Assembly: GCF_046119375.1 (NCBI RefSeq)
Contig: NW_027362761.1
Coordinates: 1,154,688,001-1,154,752,000 of the forward strand
DNA: 64,000 nucleotides
Source of the DNA: Phyllobates terribilis
Lineage: Eukaryota
Direction of reading: 5' to 3'
The notes below the pieces were generated by a model that was not told where the DNA came from, made no database searches, and was given only the letters and a program-made list of their open reading frames with translations. A program made the translations under genes and the position numbers. This document shows, piece by piece, positions 23,193-33,433 of the stretch. Position 1 is the stretch's first letter; each line of letters starts with the position of its first letter.

Positions 23193-26100
23193 ATGGTGTC
23201 GGTTCAGGATTTGGCTCATCGCCTGCAGGGACTCTCTCTGGAGGTGGCCGAGCTCCGTCAGCACGTGAGTAACTGTCCTGGAGCACATTTCTTGGAGCCT
23301 AAGGTATGTTTGCCGGATTTATTTTTTGGTGAACACCGAGAATTTTTTTCATTTAAAAATGCTTGCTTATTGTATTTTCGTTTGAGACCCAAGTCCTCTG
23401 GGGATGAATCCCAGCGCATAGGGTTCATAATGTCACTTTTGCGCAAAGAGCCTCAGGAGTGGGCCTTTTCTTTGCCACCTAGTGATACATGCTTCAGATC
23501 AGTGGATAGTTTTTTTTCTGCTTTGGGGCTATTATATGATGATCCTGACCGTGTCGCATCAGCTGAGACTGAGTTAAGACGTTTGAGACAGGGATCAGGT
23601 AATGTGGAAAAATATTGTACTCATTTCCGTCGATGGTCTACTCAAACAGGGTGGAATGATTCTGCTCTGAAAAGTCTATTTCTTGCTGGGCTCAATGAAA
23701 GGGTTAAAGACCTGCTAATTGCTTATCCTACACCTGAAGATTTGCAACAGGCTATGCAATTAGCTATACGGGTGGATAGGAGACTGCGTGCAAGGGTTAA
23801 TGAGAGCAAATCCTCTGCTATGTCAGTTTCTGGTTATGAGAATGTGTGTACTAACAGTAGTGAACCGATGGAGATTGGATCGGTGGCACCTCGCTCTCAA
23901 GAAAAAGACCGTAGATTTTTTGAAGGCTTGTGTTTCTATTGCGGAAAATCTGGTCATTTGATTAAAGGCTGTGAGCTTCGTATGAAGAAAGAAAAAAAAA
24001 TGGTCAGTCATGCCCGTATTGCCTGTTTAAATTCCAAGGGTGTATTTTTAGCTGCTTCCACGATTGCTCAGGAAAAATTAATGGAATTTCGGGTGTTTGT
24101 CGATTGTGGGTCTACTCTGAATGTAATTGATGGGGGATTCTTGGAAAGACTCAATTTAAAACCCGAACCTTTATCATCCCCCATTGCTGTGGTTTCTGTG
24201 GATGGTTCCCCTTTGAAGAATATTACTCTCAAGGTCTGTGAATTTCCTCTCACTATTAATGGTGTTCACCATGAGAAATTGGATTTGGTAGTTTTGAATA
24301 ACTTGCCTTCTCCAGTAATATTGGGATTGCCCTGGTTAAAATTTCACAATCCTGTACTGGATTGGTCTACCAGTGAAATTAAATCCTGGAGCCATAAATG
24401 TTATGACAAGTGTTGTAACGGGCGTATTGCAGCTTTGGATAGGGGAGAATTGCCTGTTCCTATTCAGGATTTTTGGAGAGTTTTTTCTGAGAAGGAATCG
24501 CAGGTTTTGCCTCCCCATAGAGACTATGATTGTTCTATTGAATTTGTCCCTGGAGCGACTCTTCCTAAAAGTCGTTTATTTAACCTTACTATTCCTGAGA
24601 GGAAGGCTTTGGAGGAATACATACAGACAAGTTTGGCCGCCGGTCACATTAGGCCTTCTAAGTCTCCTGTGGCGGTTGGATTTTTTTTTGTAAAAAAAAA
24701 GGACGGCGGTTTACGTCCTTGTCTGGATTTTCGTGAGATTAACAAAATTACTGTACGCAATCCTTACCCACTGCCATTGATTCCTGATTTATTTAACCAG
24801 TTAATGGGGGCCAAGTGGTTCTCTAAAATTGACCTTAAGGGGGCATACAATCTGTTGCGCATTAAGGAGGGTGACGAATGGAAGACTGCTTTTAACACTC
24901 CTGTGGGTCATTTTGAGAATCTGGTTATGCCTTTTGGTCTTACTAATGCTCCTGCATTTTTTCAGAATCTTATTAATGACATCCTTAGACTTTTGATCGG
25001 CAAAAATGTGGTTGTGTATTTGGATGACATTTTGATTTATTCGCCGGATCTGGAGTCTCATTGGCGGAGCGTACGTGAGGTATTACAGTTGTTAATGGAC
25101 AATTCGCTTTTTGCTAAGCTGGAGAAATGTGAGTTCGCTGTACAGAGAATTAGTTTTTTGGGTTACATTATCTCCAGCGAAGGTTTTGAGATGGACCCGG
25201 TTAAAGTTCAAGCTGTACAGGAATGGCCTAGGCCTATTGGTTTGAAATCGATACAGAGGTTTTTAGGTTTCGCCAATTATTACAGAAAATTCATAAAAAA
25301 TTTTTCTAGTATTGTCAAACCTCTGACCGATCTCACCAGGAAAGGTGCTGATGCGGTTCAGTGGTCTTCTGAGGCTATTGAAGCTTTTGTGTATCTCAAG
25401 GAGAGGTTCACCTCTGCTCCCATCCTTATGCAGCCTGATGTGACTAAGCCATTTTTGGTTGAGGTTGATGCTTCCTCTGTGGGGGTTGGCGCAGTATTGT
25501 CTCAGGATAACGGGGATGGATTACATCCCTGTGCCTTTTTTTCAAAAAAATTTTCGGAGACTGAACTGAATTACGATATTGGTAATCGGGAATTATTGGC
25601 TATTAAACTCACATTTGAACACTGGCGCCACTTCTTGGAAGGTGCGGAATTTCCCGTTCAGGTTCTTACGGATCATAAAAATCTGATATATCTTGATGCT
25701 GCCAAGCGCCTGAATGCCCGTCAGGCTAGGTGGGCACTGTTTTTCTCGCGGTTTAATTTCTCCGTTACTTACATCCCTGGTACTAAGAATGTTAAGGCGG
25801 ATGCCTTGTCTCGCAGTTTTTCTCCCATAGTCGGTGCTGAGAAAGAGGAGAACATTTTACAAGAAGGTGTTGTGATAGCTGCTTTGGACTCCGTTTTGGA
25901 AGATGAGATTCTTAAAGCACAGGAGAATGCCCCATCTAACACTCCTCATGGGAGGTTGTTTGTGCCTGGGACCTTTAGGAGAGATTTGTTTGTTGAGTGT
26001 CACGAATCTCAGTTGGCAGGTCATCCCGGAATCTCTGAGACCAAGAGACTGGTGGGTCGCAGTTTTTGGTGGCCTGGATGGCAGAAGGAAGTCATTAAGT

Positions 26101-27260
26101 GGGTGCGTCAATGTACTATATGTGCTAGATCTAAGTCCTCACATACTCCTGCTGCGGGGTTGCTTTGTCCTTTGGAGGTTCCCAGTGCTCCTTGGACACA
26201 TTTGGCTATGGACTTTATAACTGACCTTCCCCCCTCTGAGGGTTTTACTGTCATCTGGGTGGTCGTGGACCGTTTTAGCAAGATGTGTCACTTGGTTCCC
26301 TTCGTCAAACTGCCCTGCGCTAAAACTCTCGCTAAGGCCTTTGTCAAGGAAATTGTCAGACTTCATGGCGTTCCTACTGACATTGTTTCTGATAGGGGTC
26401 CTCAGTTCGTGGCTCGTTTTTGGCGTGCCTTTTGTGACAGGTTGGGAGTTCATTTATCGTTCTCGTCCGGATATCATCCTGAATCTAATGGCCAGACAGA
26501 AAGGAAAAACCAGGATGTTGAGCAGTTCTTGCGTTGTTTTGTGGCAGACAATCAAGAGGGGTGGTCTGAGTTTCTGCCACTTGCTGAATTTGCTCTGAAC
26601 AATCATACATCTTCTTCTGCTGGTTGTTCGCCTTTTTTTTGTTGTTCTGGGAGACATCCGTCGTTTGGGTCGTTCTCCAAGTTGGGATCTGCCGTGCCTG
26701 AGGAGGAGAATTTTTCCGGTGATTTGGAGAGAGTTTGGACGGATGTGCGTGGTAATCTTCAGGAGGCCAACAGAAAATCTAAAGACTACTTTGATAGGAA
26801 ACGACAGGAGGTTTTGTTCGCTGTTGGTGACATGGTTTGGTTGTCCTCTAGGAATCTGCGGTTGAGGATTCCTTCTAAGAAATTGGGTCCCAAGTTTGTA
26901 GGGCCCTTTAAGGTGCTTCAGGTTGTCAACCAATCTGCTGTTAGGTTGGAGGTTCCTACCTCCTGGAGAATTAATCCGGTATTTCATGTCTCTCTGTTAA
27001 AAAAAGCTGTTGTGTCGGATGGTGACGCCTCTGCCTCTGTTCCTCCGGTGGTGGAGGACGGGGAATATGAAATTTCTCGCATCCTTAACTCTAGACGGTA
27101 TAGAGGTAGTTTGCAGTATCTTGTGGCCTGGAAAGGTTTCGGACCCGAGGATAACTCTTGGGTGAGGTCAGATGATGTTTCCGCGTCCAGACTTATCAGA
27201 GCGTTTCACAGGAGATTTCCTGATAAGCCTGGTACTAGGGGATCCGGAGGATCCTCTTAG
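23193..27260 (+). CDS. Gag-Pol polyprotein (gag, CCHC knuckle, aspartic protease, RT, RNase H, integrase, chromodomain), 1355 aa, uninterrupted
   Basis: CFYCGKSGHLIKGC, VFVDCGS, LRPCLDFR, YLDD, EVDAS, TDHKNL, HPG...C..C integrase zinc finger, TDIVSDRGPQF, GQTE, and chromodomain YEISRILNSR...YLVAWKGFGPEDNSWV. Confidence 0.97.
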   Translation: MVSVQDLAHRLQGLSLEVAELRQHVSNCPGAHFLEPKVCLPDLFFGEHREFFSFKNACLLYFRLRPKSSGDESQRIGFIMSLLRKEPQEWAFSLPPSDTCFRSVDSFFSALGLLYDDPDRVASAETELRRLRQGSGNVEKYCTHFRRWSTQTGWNDSALKSLFLAGLNERVKDLLIAYPTPEDLQQAMQLAIRVDRRLRARVNESKSSAMSVSGYENVCTNSSEPMEIGSVAPRSQEKDRRFFEGLCFYCGKSGHLIKGCELRMKKEKKMVSHARIACLNSKGVFLAASTIAQEKLMEFRVFVDCGSTLNVIDGGFLERLNLKPEPLSSPIAVVSVDGSPLKNITLKVCEFPLTINGVHHEKLDLVVLNNLPSPVILGLPWLKFHNPVLDWSTSEIKSWSHKCYDKCCNGRIAALDRGELPVPIQDFWRVFSEKESQVLPPHRDYDCSIEFVPGATLPKSRLFNLTIPERKALEEYIQTSLAAGHIRPSKSPVAVGFFFVKKKDGGLRPCLDFREINKITVRNPYPLPLIPDLFNQLMGAKWFSKIDLKGAYNLLRIKEGDEWKTAFNTPVGHFENLVMPFGLTNAPAFFQNLINDILRLLIGKNVVVYLDDILIYSPDLESHWRSVREVLQLLMDNSLFAKLEKCEFAVQRISFLGYIISSEGFEMDPVKVQAVQEWPRPIGLKSIQRFLGFANYYRKFIKNFSSIVKPLTDLTRKGADAVQWSSEAIEAFVYLKERFTSAPILMQPDVTKPFLVEVDASSVGVGAVLSQDNGDGLHPCAFFSKKFSETELNYDIGNRELLAIKLTFEHWRHFLEGAEFPVQVLTDHKNLIYLDAAKRLNARQARWALFFSRFNFSVTYIPGTKNVKADALSRSFSPIVGAEKEENILQEGVVIAALDSVLEDEILKAQENAPSNTPHGRLFVPGTFRRDLFVECHESQLAGHPGISETKRLVGRSFWWPGWQKEVIKWVRQCTICARSKSSHTPAAGLLCPLEVPSAPWTHLAMDFITDLPPSEGFTVIWVVVDRFSKMCHLVPFVKLPCAKTLAKAFVKEIVRLHGVPTDIVSDRGPQFVARFWRAFCDRLGVHLSFSSGYHPESNGQTERKNQDVEQFLRCFVADNQEGWSEFLPLAEFALNNHTSSSAGCSPFFCCSGRHPSFGSFSKLGSAVPEEENFSGDLERVWTDVRGNLQEANRKSKDYFDRKRQEVLFAVGDMVWLSSRNLRLRIPSKKLGPKFVGPFKVLQVVNQSAVRLEVPTSWRINPVFHVSLLKKAVVSDGDASASVPPVVEDGEYEISRILNSRRYRGSLQYLVAWKGFGPEDNSWVRSDDVSASRLIRAFHRRFPDKPGTRGSGGSS

Positions 27261-27272
27261 AAGGGGGGGTAC
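27258..27272 (+). promoter_or_regulatory. Polypurine tract
   Basis: AGAAGGGGGGG-TAC immediately 5' of the 3' LTR. Confidence 0.85.
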
Positions 27273-27692
27273 TGTTAGAACCTTGCTCTTAGGTTTTTTC
27301 CTTTGCTGGTCACATGACCTTGTTGGCCTATTTAATCCTGCTCCGCCCTTCTGGCTTTGCTGGACTTCATTGTATAGCTACTTTCTACCTAGCCTGTGCT
27401 CTGTATCTAACTCTGTTAGTTTGCTTGGTCTACGGACCTCAGTGTTCTATATATTTTGTTTGTTTGTCTGTCTGCTACTATTTCTGTTAGGAGGTGTCCC
27501 ATTTTCCTCCCAGTCCTTAGTACTTGTAGGGATTCCTTCCCCACATCTATAGGTCTCCGTACAGACTAGCTTAGGACTTTAGCAGGTCTGATCGCAGGAT
27601 TAGGTCCCCTGTTACATCGTAGGGATAAAGCTGAGTTCTATCGTAGGGACAGATCTCCTCTCTTTCCTTAGCTCTGGTAGCAGAACATAACA
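27273..27692 (+). repeat. 3' LTR
   Basis: Direct repeat of 22725-23144, followed by the TSD CTTGT. Confidence 0.95.
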
Positions 27693-28950
27693 CTTGTACC
27701 TTCTACTACCCATCCGGGATCCAGTACCGTCAGCTGGTTCTCGGCAGTGTCTTTGGCACGGGTACTCCCTCCTGCCCAGCCTGGTTCCAGCACGCCAGCT
27801 GTTTCCGGGTAGTGTCAACGTCACTTTGCCTCCAATGCGTTGTCCTGTCGTGTTGCGGTCGGGTTAGCTGACTCTATGGTGCCTGCAGTTTAGGTGACTC
27901 CTATGTGGGCTGCGGGATCAGGCAATGAAGGCTGGTTCCATAGTGCCAATAGGACAAGCACCCCCTGTAGGACTGTGGGTTTTGGTAACTGCGGCCGGCT
28001 CGCGGCCTTGAACTTTTTTTTACATGGGTACCTTCTGCTACCCATCCGGGTTCCAGTACCGTCAGCTGGTTCTCGGCAGTGCCTTTGGATTAGGTGCCTC
28101 CTTCTCGGTATCCAAGTTCCACCAACGTCTGCTGGTCCTTGATAGTGCTTTCTGGCACAGGTACCTCCTGCTTAGTAACCGAGTTCCAGTACCGTCAGCT
28201 GGTCTTCGGCAGTTCCATTGGCTCTTGTACCTTCTGCTACCCATCCGGGTTCCAGTACCGTCAGCTGGTCCTCGGTAGTTCCATTTGCTCTTGTACCTTC
28301 TACTACCCATCCGGGTTCCAGTACTGTCAGCTGGTTCTCGGCAGTGACTTTGGCACGGGTACTCCCTCCTGCCCAGCCTGGTTCCAGCACGCCAGCTGTT
28401 TCCGGGTAGTGTCAACGTCACTTTGCCTCCAATACGTTGTCCTGTCGTGTTGCGGTCGGGTTAGCCGACTCTATGGTGCCTGCAGTTTAGGTGACTCCTA
28501 TGTGGGCTGCGGGATCAGGCAATGAAGGCTCGTTCCATAGTGCCAATAGGACAAGCACCCCCTGTAGGACTGTGGGTTTTGGTAACTGCGGCCGGCTCGC
28601 GGCCTTGAACTTTTTTTTACATGGGTACCTTCTGCTACCCATCCGGGTTCCAGTACCGTCAGCTGGTTCTCGGCAGTGCCTTTGGATTAGGTGCCTCCTT
28701 CTCGGTATCCAAGTTCCACCAACGTCTGCTGGTCCTTGGTAGTGCTTTCTGGCACAGGTACCTCCTGCTTAGTAACCGAGTTCCAGTACCGTCAGCTGGT
28801 CTTCGACAGTTCCATTGGCTCTTGTACCTTCTGCTACCCATCCGGGTTCCAGTACCGTCAGCTTGTTCTCGGTAGTTCCTCAGCTTTCTTGTACCTTCTG
28901 CTACATTTCCAAGTTCAAGCTTTTTGAAATGGTTCTTGGTAATCACTCTG

Positions 28951-29370
28951 GATCTACCTGACGAGGACCCTGAAGACGAGGACCCTGAAGACCAACCCTA
29001 AGAAGACGAGGACCCCGAAGACAACGACCCTGAAGACGAGGACCCTGAAGACCACCCCGAAGAAGACGAGGACCCTGAAGACCACCCCGAAGAAGACGAG
29101 GACCCTGAAGACCACCCCGAAGAAGACGAGGACCCCGAAGACGAGGACCCAGAAGACCAACCCAAAGAAGACGAGGACCCCGAAGACGAGGACCCCCGAA
29201 GACGACGACCCTGAAGACCACCCCGAAGAAGACCAAGAAGATGACCCTGAAGAAGTTGACCAAGAGGACAAAGAAGAGAAGACAAGCACCAAGATACAGA
29301 AGAACAAGAGACAGAAAACCAAGAAGCAGAAATACAAGAAGCTGCAGAACAAAAAGCGGAAGAACATTAA
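28951..29370 (+). other. Purine-rich 15/30-bp repeat tract reading as Asp/Glu/Pro-rich peptide (EDEDPEDHPE)n; broken reading frame
   Basis: Triplet-phased gaa/gac/gag/cct repeats. TAA at 28999-29001, extra C at ~29197, and the original frame resumes at 29281 as DKHQDTEEQETENQEAEIQEAAEQKAEEH*. Confidence 0.5.
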
Positions 29371-29599
29371 GCATAAGACTAAAAATCAGAGCAAAAGATA
29401 ATATCTAAATTATAAGCAGAAGATGACTAAGCAGTGTATGGGGGTGAGTCCGTTTCTCCTCGTGGTGCCCCTGGAAAAGACCTGCTGCTGCAGGCCAAAC
29501 TGAACGCGGACAAATCCTGTTGTAAATCTTTTGTGACGGGCAGAACGAAAGGTGTAATGTCCAACCTTTTATAGATAACAACTACAGGAATGCCTGTCA

Positions 29600-29870
29600 C
29601 AAATAAGAATATGATGAAGAAGAAGAATATGAAGAAGATGAAGAAGTAGAATATGAAGAATGTAAAAAAAAGAATAATATGAAGAAGGTGAAGAAGAAGA
29701 AGATGAAGAAGTAGAATATGAAGAATGTAAAAAAAAGAATAATACGAAGAAGGTGAAGAAGAAGAAGATGAAGAAGGTGAAGAAGAAGAGGATGAAAAAG
29801 ATGCTGAGGATGATGAAGGAGAAAGTGTGGGAGAAGTAAAAAAGAAGGTGAAGAGCATGGAAGTAGTGAA
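29600..29870 (+). repeat. GAA-rich low-complexity tract (Glu/Asp-rich if read in frame) with an internal tandem duplication
   Basis: gaagaagaagatgaagaagtagaatatgaagaatgtaaaaaaaagaataat is repeated. Confidence 0.6.
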
Positions 29871-31396
29871 ACATAAATATCTGACAAAATATAAAAATAC
29901 TTAACATAGTCAATATTTCCGTAACTCAGAACGTCTTAAAAAAAATATTAATTCCTGCTATTCCATTTGATTGGGCTAAACCTCTATGCCTTTATTGTCT
30001 CCCCCACCTCCCCCAATACATTCTACATTATTCTTAGTTGTTTTCCTTCATGTAGAATTAACCTACAAGGAAAGAAAGGGTTTATTTTCATTCCGATATT
30101 TCTGTCCCATTGACTTGCATTGGTTTCCGGTATCGGAATCGGCGATATCCGATACTTTTTCGGTATCGGTCCGATCCAATCCGATCCGATATTTCCCGAT
30201 ATCGGAAGGTATCGCTCAACACTAGTCGCGACCAATCAACAGAGCGTTGTTTAAATTTGGCGCCAACGTTCGTATTAGTGAGGACCGGGGAGCGGCACTG
30301 CCTGTGCGGGTACTTCCGCTGCGAGCAGCTGGGAGATGACCAGCTGCTCGCAGCAGAAGTATTCCGACCGGCAGCGCCGCTCCACGGTCCTCCCTTCACA
30401 CTTGCCGTCGGGAGATCAGCGGCTCCGTGCGGCAGATGAGCCGCTAACGGCCGCCATCTTTTTCTGAAACCCCGCGTCGCTGATTGGCCACTGCCGGACC
30501 AATCAACGATGCGGGATTTCCTGGACAGAAGGACAGACAGACGGGATAAGATGATTATATATATTAGATGTCATTCCTGAGCGGCTCCACCCCGTGTTGC
30601 TCCTAATTGGCTTAATCCTGTGAGTTCCTGATTGCACACCCTATTTAAACCTGGCCTGGCACCTCATTCTTTTGAGATTATTGAGCTCCTAGCTTCTAGT
30701 CAAGCTCTCCCTTCTCCTGCTGCTTCATACAAGCATTATATTGCTTACCTGTGTACCGATTCCTGGCTTCTCCTGACTACCCTACCTGCTAAATCCTTCA
30801 AGATTATACTTCTTACCCATGTACTGATTCCTGGCTTCTCCTGACTATGCTACCTGCTGATGCTGCCACTAGTGGTTGCAATACCACTACTCCAACCAGG
30901 TCAGTTCCTAACAGTACTGTAGTTTCTAATTCATATTTCCTCTGAGCTGATCAGCCATGGCAGCCGTGTTTGAGCTTGATGTTGAACAATCCATGCAGCA
31001 TCACCAAAGTAGAATATGAAGGATTAAATGGCGCCCAAAAAAATAAATCTATAGGATGGCATCCACAGACCTGCTCAGACACAAGAGCAAAAGACAACCT
31101 TTTGTAGCTGATGAGTGCTATTGTTAACAGATCTGAAAAGTAGCCCATTTATTTGGCTCAATAAGAAATTTAAAAAGGTTTTCCAAAAAAGAAAACTCCT
31201 TTACGTTCTAGATATTTTGTCAAAGAGCGTTATGCTGCAATAAATAATTGCTTATACCACCTTTAAGACAGTTACTTTTTAGCAGGACACAATTATGTGT
31301 CATGGAAAGGAGTTTTCCATTTTTAGAAAAGTGGACCCCAAACCTATCCTGTCATGTAAGACAACAAAATTAGATATTACTCAGTATCCCTGGGAC

Positions 31397-31675
31397 CTGG
31401 GTTACCAACCGTCCAGAAATTCCAGGACTGTCGTTCCGCGATTTTTTTTTTTAAACTGAAGAAACTTGTACAGATTATTTTGACTGTAATGATCATTATT
31501 TTACAGTTTACATTGAATGCAGCTGATGTTTTCATATCAGAATTTTGGGCTGCAGACAAGGATCACTTATAATCATAATGATTTATTATGGTTTTCCAAT
31601 GTCCTTAAAAATTATTGTCTGTGATTTTTTTGTTAAGCTGTCCAGAAAAAACAAAAAATCAAGATGGCAACCCTG
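31397..31675. mobile_element. hAT MITE (279 bp)
   Basis: TIRs CTGGGTTACCA / TGGCAACCCTG. Perfect 8-bp TSD CCTGGGAC (31389-31396, 31676-31683). Confidence 0.85.
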
Positions 31676-33040
31676 CCTGGGACCTGCTGGCTCTCCACTA
31701 CTGCTCCAGTCCAGTTTTGGCATCTCGCATCACCGCTGCAGGCAATCACTGAGCTCAAAGGCTAGGTAGACAGCATGAGCCACTGAGGCCAGTGATTGTC
31801 TGTCGACATGACGTCACCGCTGTAGTCAAAACACTGAGACTGGAGCATCAGCGGTGAACTAGAGCGGGATTCCGGAAGGGTGGGTACTGTCTGATTTTGT
31901 TATTTTACATAACAGGAAACATTTAAGGTCCACTTTTCTGGAAGTGACCTATTTTGGGCCTGCAGGATACACATTTTATTAATGCATTATTTCAAGATTA
32001 ATAATATTCTTAATTCTTTGTTTGCTACCTAATCAATCTATTCTATAAATGAATGCAAGCTGCTAATTAGTAATGTCAGTAAACTCTTGATTTGTGCTCC
32101 CAGAAGACGTCCCCATGAGCTATCCTATGTATATTTATTTTCATTCTGTGCATCAATCACCAAGTATTAAAAGATTATCCAAGTTCCCAAATTAATATAA
32201 ACTAATCTAGTCCAATAAAAAATGCATAACCTTTAAGAATATTTTTAACCATAAGTTTCTTATTTCCCAGTATATTCCAACTTCCAAGCGACGATCCAAA
32301 GTATTGTTTATGAATATGGACCAGAAATCTGCTTGTACAAACACTAAATGCCAGTAACATTAATAATGGTTAAAAAATGTGAAAAACAAAAGGTTACCCT
32401 GGAAACTATAAAAAAAACAATGACTTGATCTTCAAATTAAATGCATACTAATGCCTGTCCATATGTTCCTAATTTTGCATTAATTATGTCAAAAATGATA
32501 TAACTCCCAAATAAATTACATCATTAGCAAAACTTAGTTCTCTATAGGGTAACAGTGCAAGGTGCCAAAATCGGCTTCGTCTTGTTCCCACAGACAATTT
32601 TGACAAGTCAACTTTAATTACTTTATGTGCTAGTAACAAGAGGGAGACTGTTCCATAGATTTAGCAGGACTTTTGTATTATCTATAACAGAAGTGCCAAA
32701 AAGTATTTTACTTCTTAATCTATTTATAACTTTGCCTACAATTGCTGTTCCCGGAGGTGTAATTGTCCCGGTTCATAAAAGTTTGTTCAGCTGCCAGCAT
32801 GAAGATGTAAGTAAATTGTAATACCATTGCTATGAGGTATAAAGGTCCCTGAGCTCATATCGAGACTCTTGTATAATAAATTCATGTAAACATTTTATTT
32901 CCTGAACAGGACTTCACTTTCAAAGTACAGCACTTTAAAATAAGCCGCACTAGTTTAATTGCTATGGAGGTTTCCTAGTCAAAAAGAAATTAGGTTAGTT
33001 CTAATTTATAGAGTTTTTGTCATCTCTTGTTTGCATTTAA

Positions 33041-33433
33041 AGGGGTTGTCCGGGACTTTAACATTGGTGGCCTATCCTTAGGAGAGGTCATCTAGGTCTG
33101 ATCAGTGGAGGCAACTTTTCTATGTGTCAACAATGGCCAGAACTGCTCAGTTACAGAGCTGCACATCACAGCTCCATCAATGGAATAGTGGCCGCGGCCG
33201 GGTATTGCACATCCAGCCCATATTGATTTGAATAGGTGGAAGATGTGCAGTGCTTAATTGTGGCCACTATGTAATAGATGGAGCTGTGCAGTTCCAAAAC
33301 TGAGCAGTTCTGGCCACCGCCAACAGAGGAAACAGCTGATCGGAGGAGTGCCGGGTGTTGCACCCCCACCAATCAGAAATTGATGACCTATCTTAAGGAT
33401 AAGCCATTAATAGAAAATTCCAGGACAACCCCT
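33041..33433. mobile_element. T2/Kolobok-type MITE
   Basis: TTAA-AGGGGTTGTCC ... GGACAACCCCT-TTAA. Confidence 0.8.

Larger units (their letters stand above)
22725..27692 (+). mobile_element. Full-length Ty3/Gypsy chromovirus (Tf1/sushi group) LTR retrotransposon, 4968 bp
   Basis: 420-bp LTRs TGTTAG...TAACA at 22725-23144 and 27273-27692. 5-bp TSD CTTGT (22720-22724, 27693-27697). Polypurine tract before the 3' LTR and a single gag-pol ORF. Confidence 0.97.
20740..28870. repeat. Composite tandem array (531- and 597-bp monomers with 66-bp subrepeats, 1128-bp higher-order unit), interrupted by the Gypsy element
   Basis: ORF offsets are 531 (21262/21793), 597 (21793/22390, 27894/28491) and 1128 (20833/21961). 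28062-21961 = 6101 = 1128 + 4968 + 5. Confidence 0.92.
2859..30224 (+). mobile_element. hAT-A: large hAT (Ac-type) DNA transposon, 27,366 bp including nested elements
   Basis: TIRs TAGTGTTGAGC (2859) and GCTCAACACTA (ending 30224). Perfect 8-bp TSD GTCGCGAC at 2851-2858 and 30225-30232. Both ends have subterminal clusters of CCGAT/ATCGG motifs, and the element holds a hAT transposase. Confidence 0.93.
1112..30569 (+). mobile_element. Non-autonomous Helitron-like element (Lep1-like architecture), interrupted by hAT-A
   Basis: 5' end ACTAGATGGTGG followed by a hairpin CCCGAT-tctaacgc-ATCGGG. 3' end has (GACA)n-like ggacagaaggacagacagac and ends ...gattatatatattagat. The internal GC-rich array continues on both sides of the hAT-A insertion. 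Confidence 0.55.
1005..30913 (+). mobile_element. Candidate ~450-bp solo LTR (1005-1110 + 30570-30913) split by the Helitron-like insertion
   Basis: Starts TGTCAA and ends TAACA. Flanks are GTAGT (1000-1004) and GTACT (30914-30918), a 4/5 match for a 5-bp TSD. Contains CCTATTTAAACC, similar to the TATA context of the chromovirus LTR in this window. Confidence 0.4.

Noticed and set aside
15205-28870. Regular repeat arrays as CRISPR-like loci
   Set aside because: Units are contiguous near-identical monomers with no unique spacers, there are no cas genes, and the context is eukaryotic.
28943-29913. Minus-strand hydrophobic or Ser-rich ORFs that look like membrane proteins
   Set aside because: They are the antisense of GAA/GAC-rich repeats, which automatically give Phe/Leu/Val/Ser runs.
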